From NCBI GenBank assembly GCA_963749655.1, contig CAVVOB010000019.1, positions 96,001 through 160,000 of the forward strand: 64,000 nt of DNA, written 5' to 3'. This DNA is from Nitrospirota bacterium (GTDB lineage Bacteria > Nitrospirota > UBA9217). Position numbers and translations under genes: made by a program. The notes under the pieces are model-generated. The model searched no databases, was not told the DNA's origin, and was given only the letters and a program-made list of their open reading frames with translations. Shown here piece after piece: positions 26,877 through 35,295 of this stretch (its first letter is position 1; each line of letters begins with the position of its first letter).

Positions 26877-28606
26877 TGACATCGATGATACGATCCCGGA
26901 TGGGGCATCGGATGTACGGGGTTTTAATAATGATGACGGCGCTGCTCTGGGCATTGCCCCTCACCGCGGTCCCGGCGGAAAAAGGGCCGAATGCCGTTGC
27001 CGGACTGTCTCACGAAGAAGCCATGCGACTGGGGGCAATGATGTATGTGCAGGGTATCCTGCCGTCGGGCGCGCCGATGCAGGGCATGGTGCAGGGCGAC
27101 ATCCCGGTCGATGGGTCGAAATTCACCTGCGCGAACTGCCACCAGAGGAGCGGCTTCGGCAGCCTCGAAGGCACGATCAGAACGCCTCCGGTCGACGGGA
27201 CGCGGCTCTACGCGCCCCTTTCGAAGTTCAAAGGCGTGCCCCTCTATGACCGGAGCAAGGCCGCGGCAACGGGAGCCATGGAGGTCTACCGCGAAGCCTA
27301 CACCGATGAAACCCTTGCCCGAGTCATGCGGACCGGAGAAGATCCTGCGGGAAAACAGATCTTCAATACCATGCCGAAATATTTTCTCGACGACCGCGAC
27401 ATGGCCATCCTGGTTTACTATCTCAAGAACCTGTCAACGGGACTGGAGTCCGGCGTCACCGAAACGGAGCTCCGCTTCGCCACGGTCATCGCCGGTGAGG
27501 TGGCCGGGGAGGACCGCGAGGCCATGCTCGGACCGCTCAGGGCGTTCGTCAGCCGCTGGCGCATATCGCGAAACATGGAGCGCATGTCCAGACGGGACGC
27601 CTTTGTCCAGGAAGGCGAATCGCGGGGGTTGAGAAAGATAACCCTGTCCGTTTGGGAACTGAAGGGACCTGTCGACACCTGGCGCGCCCAGTTGGAGGAA
27701 CAATACCGGAAAGCGCCGGTCTTTGCGCTCCTGGGCGGCATCAGCAGCGGCGACTGGGAGCCGATCCACCGTTTCTGTGAAGACCGTAAAATACCCGCGA
27801 TCTTCCCCGTCACCGACTTTCCCGTCATATCCGATACCGACTGGTATACGTTGTATCTTTCGAGAGGATTGTATCAGGAAGGCGAGACAGCGGCAAGATA
27901 CCTCAACAGCAGCAGCGACGCTGCTCCGGACCGGTCCGTAGTCCAGGTCTTCCGCAAGGACCGGGCAGGCCTCGCTCTTGCCAAAGCATTCCGGGAAACA
28001 TGGAAGGACCTCGGACGAAGTGCGGTCGAGGACTTCGCCGTGGAAAAGGATCAGCAGCTGACGCCCCGGTTCTGGGAAAATATCCTGGACCGGAAAAAAC
28101 CTGCGTCAATCGTGCTGTGGCTGAACCCGTCGGACATCCCCGATCTCGGACGTGTTGCGAAGCAGGGATCCCGGCCCGCCCTGATCATCCTCTCGTCCAG
28201 CCTTCTCAAAAAGGACCTGTATTCCCTGCCGGAAGAGGCGAGAGCTTTCGTCTATGTCACCTATCCCTATACCCTTCCCCGGGAGTCGCAGCCCTACAAG
28301 GCCTCGATCGAGACATCCCTGAAAATAAACAACATCCCCATGACCAACCTGGATATCGAGTACAAGATGTTTTCGCTCTTCTCAACACTGACCGGACCCT
28401 TTACCATGCTGAGAAACTTCGTGTACCGCGACTATTTTCTCGAACTGATCGAATCAACGCCCGACCAGGCGTCCATGCCGGTCGTGTACCCGCGCCTGAG
28501 CTTCGGCGCAGGCCAGCGCTATGCATCAAAGGGCTGCTACATTGTCCAGCTTTCGGAAGGCCGGAATCCCGAATTGATCAAGCGGAGCGACTGGGTCATT
28601 CATTGA
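26873..28606 (+). CDS. Cytochrome c domain fused to a periplasmic binding protein-like domain
   Basis: Signal peptide, CANCH, distal MPKY; C-terminal PBP type 1-like region (PVFALLGG...RLSFGAGQRYASKG). Confidence 0.75.
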   Translation: MMTSMIRSRMGHRMYGVLIMMTALLWALPLTAVPAEKGPNAVAGLSHEEAMRLGAMMYVQGILPSGAPMQGMVQGDIPVDGSKFTCANCHQRSGFGSLEGTIRTPPVDGTRLYAPLSKFKGVPLYDRSKAAATGAMEVYREAYTDETLARVMRTGEDPAGKQIFNTMPKYFLDDRDMAILVYYLKNLSTGLESGVTETELRFATVIAGEVAGEDREAMLGPLRAFVSRWRISRNMERMSRRDAFVQEGESRGLRKITLSVWELKGPVDTWRAQLEEQYRKAPVFALLGGISSGDWEPIHRFCEDRKIPAIFPVTDFPVISDTDWYTLYLSRGLYQEGETAARYLNSSSDAAPDRSVVQVFRKDRAGLALAKAFRETWKDLGRSAVEDFAVEKDQQLTPRFWENILDRKKPASIVLWLNPSDIPDLGRVAKQGSRPALIILSSSLLKKDLYSLPEEARAFVYVTYPYTLPRESQPYKASIETSLKINNIPMTNLDIEYKMFSLFSTLTGPFTMLRNFVYRDYFLELIESTPDQASMPVVYPRLSFGAGQRYASKGCYIVQLSEGRNPELIKRSDWVIH

Positions 28607-28672
28607 AATACTCAAGGGGACCAGGACGATAAACATGCCGGATTACAGACAGTCTCAAATTAAAATTTTACA

Positions 28673-28701
28673 TTGACATCGTCTTTCCTTGCCACTATGA
28701 T
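28673..28701 (+). promoter_or_regulatory. Sigma70 promoter, predicted leaderless transcript
   Basis: TTGACA-17 bp-TATGAT; ATG at 28708 starts 7 nt after the last base of the -10. Confidence 0.7.
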
Positions 28702-28707
28702 GGCGTC

Positions 28708-28992
28708 ATGAAATGGCAGGCTGTCATTGTTCTCCTGGCAATCGCCCTTACCGTACTTGCCCCCCCTGCGCTGCCGCTGATGATCGTCCATGACGGACAT
28801 TCGCAGATCGGCGTCCTGGATGTCTGCCATTCGGCGGCGCCCGCGCTTTCAGCGTCCGGTGAAATGCCCTGCCTGAACAGCTTTCCCCTCGATCAGCAGC
28901 CGAAGCCTTTCATAACCTACTCAATTCAGCACAAACCTCTCTTTTCGCAGTACCTCTCTACCTTCGACACCGAGCAACCGCCCCAGTCCTAG
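28708..28992 (+). CDS. Small exported protein / possible regulatory uORF (DUF2946-like layout)
   Basis: Signal-like N-terminus, LDVCH...PC, C-terminal EQPPQS. Confidence 0.65.
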   Translation: MKWQAVIVLLAIALTVLAPPALPLMIVHDGHSQIGVLDVCHSAAPALSASGEMPCLNSFPLDQQPKPFITYSIQHKPLFSQYLSTFDTEQPPQS

Positions 28993-29266
28993 CCTCACAA
29001 TTCCTATTTCCGTAGCAAGAACCTGAGCGTATCACGTTCCTTTTTCGCGCGCCGCCCGAAGATCGCCGCGCGGCCAAAGGATGTTTCTCCCCCGTTCTAC
29101 AGCTCGGCTCTGCGACGGAGATGTCCCTCATCTTCGTGACACACGATATTTCCGAAGCAGGGCCAATCTTCTTCTTATTGATTGTTCATGGACAGTATTC
29201 ATGGAGCTTTACCGGGATCAAGCAATCCCTTCACCATACTTCAACATCTCAGGAGGATCACCTGTC

Positions 29267-30067
29267 ATGGAAACGAAGAATAAGCTCGAATCGCCGTTCT
29301 CACGCAGAAATTTTCTGAAAGCCGGCGCGATTGCCGTCGGCGCGGCAGGCATGACCGCGGCCGTGCCGGGGTTCGTAACCCCTGCGGCGGCCCTGGGCGG
29401 CGCCACTGAGAAGTGGCCCTGGCCCTATGTGAAACTCGACCCCGACAAAACCGCGGAAATAGCCTACAACGAATGGTACCGCGTGTTCTGCGGCGCTGCG
29501 GTCATCAACAGTGTCTTCAGCCAGCTCCGGGAAAAGGTCGGCGAACCCTACAAGTCCTTCCCGATCGATTCCTTCGTGTTCCTCGAAGGCGGAATGGCGG
29601 GATGGGGCACGGTCTGCGGCTCCAACGCTGGCGCCAATATCGTCAGCAATGTGATCATCGGCCCCCGTATCGCCGGGCCGGAATGCGAGCATGGCCACAC
29701 TATCGGCTCCGAAATGATGCAGTGGTATTCTGAAACGCCGCTTCCGACCTTTAATCCCAAGGAACCGAAACAGAAGACCGCGATCATGCAGACGAAAAGC
29801 GAATCGCCTCTTTGCCATGTGTCGGTCGGCAAGTGGATGAAGGCCTCAGGCTTCGCCCTTGCCAGCCCGGAGAGGAAGGACCGCTGCGCCCGCGTGGCCG
29901 CAAGCGTTGCCTATAAGCTCGTCCAGGATCTGAACGCATGGAAGGACGGCAAATATACCTCCAAAGCGAACTGGACCCCGGGCAAGAGCGTCGGGATCAC
30001 GGCGCAGCAGAACTGCACCGAATGCCACGGCACGAACGTACCTTCGGCGCCTACCGCGAAGAAATGA
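29267..30067 (+). CDS. Split-Soret cytochrome c (C_GCAxxG_C_C family), Tat-exported
   Basis: SRRNFLK Tat signal; GWGTVCG, SPLCHVSV, ERKDRC, C-terminal CTECH. Confidence 0.85.
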   Translation: METKNKLESPFSRRNFLKAGAIAVGAAGMTAAVPGFVTPAAALGGATEKWPWPYVKLDPDKTAEIAYNEWYRVFCGAAVINSVFSQLREKVGEPYKSFPIDSFVFLEGGMAGWGTVCGSNAGANIVSNVIIGPRIAGPECEHGHTIGSEMMQWYSETPLPTFNPKEPKQKTAIMQTKSESPLCHVSVGKWMKASGFALASPERKDRCARVAASVAYKLVQDLNAWKDGKYTSKANWTPGKSVGITAQQNCTECHGTNVPSAPTAKK

Positions 30068-30095
30068 TCGAAATAAATTGACCTGCAGCGTTCCG

Positions 30096-30123
30096 GCGGC
30101 CGGCCCTGCCAAGGGCCGGCCGC
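30096..30123 (+). other. GC-rich intergenic hairpin without U-tract
   Basis: GCGGCCGGCCCT-GCCA-AGGGCCGGCCGC. Confidence 0.6.
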
Positions 30124-30170
30124 ACAGGAAACCGGGGTCGGAATAAATTCAACTTAAAGGGGAGTACAAC

Positions 30171-31863
30171 ATGAAAATCCGGCATTCAGCAGCATCGATT
30201 CTCTTTCTCATCGCAACGTTGATCGTTTCAGCATGCGGCAGCTCGAGCAGCAGCAACACCACCCCGTCGACGACCACGACGATTACCGGATCCGTGTACG
30301 CGGCTTCGGTTTCCGGCGCTTCGGTCGTTGTGAAGACCGCGACCGGAGCCTCGGTTGCAGGTCCGGTCACCACGTCGGGAAACGGCTCCTATACGGTAAA
30401 CGTCCCGTCCGATGCCCTCGCCTCTGACCTCCGCATTGAATCAGTGTCCGGCTCCTACGCCGATGAAGCAACGGGCTCGAACACAACGGCCGGGACCCTT
30501 GCAGCGTATGTGACCGGCGGGACCCTGACCACCGGCGTGGTGAATCTCGATCCTTCATCGACGATCATTCATGCGCTCGTGACCCAGTACGGCATGTCCG
30601 CGGCAGACGCGACAGCCGCTTTTGCCGCTGCCTTCGGCTACACACCGGACACGTCCGTTGCGCCGAAGAATGCCGCCACGGACGGCTCCGATGACGCGGC
30701 CCAGCGCCTTGCCGGCCTGCATGCAGGGGTCTTCAGCCAGCTGACCGCATCCCTCGGCCTGACGCCCGACAAACAGTTCGATCTTCTCGCGGCGCTCGCA
30801 CAGGACCTCAATGACGGCGCGCTGGATGGGAAAAATGGTGCGAACGTCATATCGATCGGAACAGGCACGTTGCCCGAGGATATCGGGAACGAATTCGAGA
30901 ATGCGCTCGTGAGCTTCATGTCGAACACTTACTGCAATCTGACCGGCCTCGCGGAAGATGAGATCGGGACCCTGCCCTTTTCCAAGGTCGCATTGACGGA
31001 CACCTACCGTATCGAGTATGTTCAGGTAGGGATGATGGGCCCGACGCAGGGAAAAACGGAATTCAAGCTGTCGATCACGAACCGGGCGACGGGATCCCCG
31101 GTCCCGGGCTGAACCCCGCGCTGATGCCCGTCATGCATATGGTCGGTATGGACCACTCGACTCCCGTGGATTCGATCACCGACAATGGGGACGGCACCTA
31201 TACCTGCATTGTGTACTATCTTATGTCTTCCGTCATGAGCGGCAAGTCCAAAGGATATTGGGAGCTGGAGGTCGAAAGGCCGCAGGAGGAGAAACAGCCA
31301 CATTCTATCCGAACGTCGGGATGAACATGACGATCTCCGGAGATGTAAGGTGTCGCTCACGAGCCAGGGTGCCGATCTGGTCAGCGGTATGTCAGGAACG
31401 TCGAAACGCAGCTACACTCTGTTCAATGACGGTCTGACCAGCGGAATGACCGGAACCGGAACGTTGAACCTCTTCATCGCAGCGTTGGACTACACGGACA
31501 TGATGGCCATGGCGACCTTCCCTGCCCTGTCATCAGTATCGACGACAACACTGCATTACTATGACGGCGCCATGAGCATGTACGCCCCCCATGCGGCGAC
31601 TCCCGTGACCGTTGAAGGCTGCCTGAGCGTTGTCGATTGCGCCAATGCGGCAAATTGGACCGCGGCGACCAACAGCTCAGGCGGACACTGGTCCATTGAT
31701 TTTACCTCGGGCATCGCGTCCGGCATGACGAACACGATCTATGTCCGTCTCCTCGTGGGTAAGGACGGAAGCGCAGAGGAGCTGAAAACATGCGAACGGT
31801 ATGACCTATGACGGCACTAACGGCTACCAGACCATAATAACCACGCCCGGTTCATCCATGTAA
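30171..31863 (+). CDS. Large lipoprotein with Met/His-rich (YtkA/FixH-like) module, multiply frameshifted
   Basis: Lipobox VSAC; consecutive ORFs 30171, 31124 and 31350; MPVMHM..MDHSTP...DNGDGTY...GYWEL. Confidence 0.7.
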
Positions 31864-32876
31864 ATGAGAACTATGTGCATGAATATTCTTCGTTCAATTA
31901 TCATGACGGCGGCCCTCCTCGCGGGGGCCGCCTGCTTCTTTGTTCCCGATGCACGGGCCGGGTCCTGCTGCGGCGGGGGCTCGGCGGTGACCCTTGTACT
32001 CCCAAAAGGAGCCCAATCCATGATCGATATGTCGTTCGATCTGGAAAAATATGACGGCTACTGGACCCGAAACATGGAATACCATCATGATGGCGCTGGA
32101 ACGGATATGCGTCAATACCGTCTGAATCTCGGTTACGCTGTCCGGCTTGCGGAACGCTGGCAGTTGAGCGCTTCTATCCCCTATGTATGGAATGCCAACA
32201 AATATCCGAACGGGATCACCTCACGGGTAGACGGCCTGGGCGACTCGGCATTCAGCGTCTGGTATGAAGCCTTCGACTCCCCAATGTGCAGGCTTGGATG
32301 GAGTGACCTCGAACTTAGAGACCTGGTCCCTGCTGCCACGTTCGGCCTTTCACTTACTGTACCGACCGGCATATCTCCCTATGACGGCGTAAAAAGCGAC
32401 GACATCACCGGCAGGGGCTTTTACCGTCTTGATGGTAACGTACTCCTCGACAAGACCATTTACCCCTTGAACATGTCCTTGTTTCTGAGCTATGGGAAAT
32501 ACTTGGAGCGATCGGTTAACCGTGAAGACAAATATGTTGATCCCTATCATAAGCGATTGGGAGACAGGAAGGTCGGCACGTTATGGATTAGTTATCAGAC
32601 CCTCATAGACATTTCTGAAACACGGAACCATTTGACCTATACAGCCGCTGTCTCAGAAATATGGGAGGACGACGGGACAAAGAACGGGGAACGAATATAC
32701 AAGCTGCACCCGGCTTGAAAAAAACTTCCGTCGCAGGCACGATTGCCTGGGCAACGCTGGCACGGACCTGGACCGTAAAAACGACCTGGAACCATTCGAT
32801 CAAGCTTGATGGCTTGGGAAGCGAAACCGTTGCGTCGGACATCTATTCTCTGGGGGTGACCCGTGTTTTCTATTAG
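31864..32876 (+). CDS. Outer-membrane beta-barrel (MetA-pathway/transporter family), frameshifted near 32700
   Basis: Signal peptide then GSCCGGG; GLGDS, LTVPTG, terminal VTRVFY. Confidence 0.72.
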
Positions 32877-33414
32877 ATTTTTTCTGGTTCTCACCCTGTT
32901 TATATTAACAAGTTGCGGGGGCATGCAAAACGATCTTTTCCCGTCAGGAACAAACAAGGTGCCGCCGGCACCGACGACCCCTACCACTATCGGTTCGTCG
33001 GTTGGCGAGTTCGCTCCTGACTTCACCCTGTCCGACACTCTCAACAACTCGATCACGCTGTCCTCGGTCTTTCCGAATTACCGCGGCGTGGTCATGTACT
33101 TTACCATGTGGTGTCCGACTTGCGCGAGCCACATGGGCTACCTCAGGGACAATGTAATCCCTGCGAACCCCGATATCGTCTTCTATGCGGTTGATTACGT
33201 GTCCGCAACCGTTGCCGAGTCTGCAAACACTGCAAGCTCCGATGGCTGGGTTGGTACGGGCTTTATTGTCCTCGCTGACACCGTGCAGACAGTCTACAAA
33301 TCTTATGACGCCACCATGGCCACCACAGTCGTGATCGACAGGAACGGCGTCATTCAGATGAACGAACAGTTCAAAACGGACAAGCTCCTGAGCGTTCTAG
33401 GGGCTCTTCAATAG
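32863..33414 (+). CDS. Redoxin (TlpA/peroxiredoxin-like) lipoprotein
   Basis: Lipobox LTSC, APDFTL, WCPTC, VIDRNG. Confidence 0.85.
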   Translation: MFSIRFFLVLTLFILTSCGGMQNDLFPSGTNKVPPAPTTPTTIGSSVGEFAPDFTLSDTLNNSITLSSVFPNYRGVVMYFTMWCPTCASHMGYLRDNVIPANPDIVFYAVDYVSATVAESANTASSDGWVGTGFIVLADTVQTVYKSYDATMATTVVIDRNGVIQMNEQFKTDKLLSVLGALQ

Positions 33415-33426
33415 CAAGAAAACAGC

Positions 33427-33456
33427 AAAGACCGCACAAGAAACTGTGCGGTCTTT
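33427..33456. terminator. Terminator-like hairpin between convergent genes
   Basis: AAAGACCGCACA-agaaac-TGTGCGGTCTTT. Confidence 0.7.
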
Positions 33457-33485
33457 AAAAAAGAAATTCTACCCGGGCGGCAGTT

Positions 33486-33968
33486 CTATTTTATCTTCCT
33501 GGCCGATTCGATGAAGTCCCTTGTCATCTTCTGGACCTCCGGCAGCACCGTCTGGATGCGGGTCTGCATCATGGTCATGATCTTCCCCATCATGACCGGC
33601 TCCTTGTTGAGGATACTCTGGCCGACAGGCAGTTTGTAAAAATCGAGAATGGCCTTGAGCTCGTCTTCCGTGTAGACGTTCACGAGGAACCCGACATACT
33701 CCGATTCCATCTTTTCCCAGTTGATGCTGTCGGTGACCTTCTTTCTTATTTTATTCTGGAACTCGACGGCTTCCGGCTGCCGCTCCTTCGGCAGGTCCAG
33801 CGTCTTGATCTGGGCGGATTGCATCTGCTGGACCTGGACAACCACCTGGTCCGTCATCTTCCGCACATCGGTGAGCTTGACCACTTCCTTTGCAAGTTCC
33901 TCTTTAGTCGCTGCCTGGGCGATCCAGGGCAGGGCGATCAGGGCCAGAACAACAATAATCTTCTTCAT
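33486..33968 (-). CDS. DUF2059-domain exported protein
   Basis: Signal peptide; YTEDELKAILDFYKLPVGQ. Confidence 0.85.
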   Translation of the reverse strand: MKKIIVVLALIALPWIAQAATKEELAKEVVKLTDVRKMTDQVVVQVQQMQSAQIKTLDLPKERQPEAVEFQNKIRKKVTDSINWEKMESEYVGFLVNVYTEDELKAILDFYKLPVGQSILNKEPVMMGKIMTMMQTRIQTVLPEVQKMTRDFIESARKIK

Positions 33969-34085
33969 GGGAACTCCTTTTTGAGGGAATCGACTAAGGC
34001 CGGACGGCCGTTGTATGGATTCAACTATATCACAACCGGATAGGCCTTTCCATCCCGGCGCAATAACGGTTCCCGGGAATATATA

Positions 34086-34114
34086 TTGACACAATTGCGT
34101 GCAGCAATTATCAT
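34086..34114 (+). promoter_or_regulatory. Sigma70 promoter with palindromic operator, predicted leaderless
   Basis: TTGACA-17 bp-TATCAT; AATTGC-N5-GCAATT in the spacer; ATG 34121 starts 7 nt after the -10. Confidence 0.65.
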
Positions 34115-34120
34115 GCAGTC

Positions 34121-34570
34121 ATGGTAAAGAGAGGTTCATTCCAGCCGTTGTTCATCATCACAGCCGCCCTGTTTCTGCTCGTTCAGACCTATTCCTGCAC
34201 TCAGACGTCCTATCCGGCTGCCCCGCAGAACGGAACGGACATCGTGATAGACACGGCTAGCCTGGAGCCTGACATGCCGAAATTCTACAGTTATCATTAC
34301 CAGGACAAGAGCATCAGTTATTTCGCACTCAAGCTGGACGGCAAAGTGCTCGCCTTTCTCGACGGCTGCGCGAGCTGCTATGCTCACAAAAAGGGCTACC
34401 GGTTCAGCGAGGGCGAAGTCGTCTGCAAATACTGCAATATCAGGTTCCCGATCTATAAATTGGAAAAGGGACTGGGCAACTGCTATCCTATCAAAATAGA
34501 AGGCAGGATGAAAAACGGCAGGTATGTTATTCCCGTCGCGCTGATCGAAGCTGAAGCGGCAAGATTCTGA
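34121..34570 (+). CDS. DUF2318-like membrane-anchored Cys-rich (Fe-S) protein
   Basis: LDGCASC...KGY...VCKYC...GNCYP. Confidence 0.8.
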   Translation: MVKRGSFQPLFIITAALFLLVQTYSCTQTSYPAAPQNGTDIVIDTASLEPDMPKFYSYHYQDKSISYFALKLDGKVLAFLDGCASCYAHKKGYRFSEGEVVCKYCNIRFPIYKLEKGLGNCYPIKIEGRMKNGRYVIPVALIEAEAARF

Positions 34571-34754
34571 ATTGTCTGACAAGGCAGGAGGCCGCCTAAA
34601 CAGTGTATTTCTGCTCTCTGGCGGACCCGCAGGCCCGCCAGAGAGCATTCCATCCAGGTTGCCGAAAAAAACACATTGGAGAAGGAGAGAGCGTCCGGTT
34701 TCTGCTGATATTCTTTCGCTCCCGCCGAGCACCAATACTGTTCCATCTTTCCTG

Positions 34755-35252
34755 TTACTGAATGACCACTCTTAATGTTGCACTGACTCCCGTGATCATT
34801 ACTCCCGAAACATCCACCGCCTGAAAATTCTCCAGACTGAAGTCCCCTTCTGCCGGCGAACCCAAGTCAACGATACACGCCACGGTAGCAAACTCACCCA
34901 CGCCGAATCCGGCCGCGGCGCTGCCGGCGAGAGCGATCGACACCTTCGCTTTCGTCGTCGTGGTTGCAGGCGTGTAGAGTGAAATGACCGTGGCCTGGCC
35001 TGCGGCAACGCCCGACGAAGCCACCACAGAGCCGTCCACGTTGCCTGCTGCATCGGTTTTGACCGTAACGCCAGGAGGCAAAACAACGGTTACACCCAAT
35101 CCGCCCATGTTCGTTGAAGTCCCCTGGGTGCCTAGGGTGAGCACGGCGGATGTTGGATTGGAGGGGGATTGATTGTTCTTGCCGCCTCCACCGCCGCAGG
35201 AGTACACCAGGGATAGTGATACCAGAAGCACTGCTAAGATCGTTGTTTTCAT
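34755..35252 (-). CDS. Lipoprotein, beta-sandwich (cohesin-like)
   Basis: Lipobox YSCGGGGG; GLGVTVVLPPGVTV...GEFATV. Confidence 0.7.
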   Translation of the reverse strand: MKTTILAVLLVSLSLVYSCGGGGGKNNQSPSNPTSAVLTLGTQGTSTNMGGLGVTVVLPPGVTVKTDAAGNVDGSVVASSGVAAGQATVISLYTPATTTTKAKVSIALAGSAAAGFGVGEFATVACIVDLGSPAEGDFSLENFQAVDVSGVMITGVSATLRVVIQ

Positions 35253-35295
35253 AATAGTGGATCTCCTTGACATATCGGTCGTATTGGAAGTTGCC

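Noticed and set aside
31108-31112. Selenocysteine TGA in the lipoprotein gene
   Set aside because: The coding sequence continues in a different frame (GLNPALMPVMHM), indicating an indel rather than read-through.
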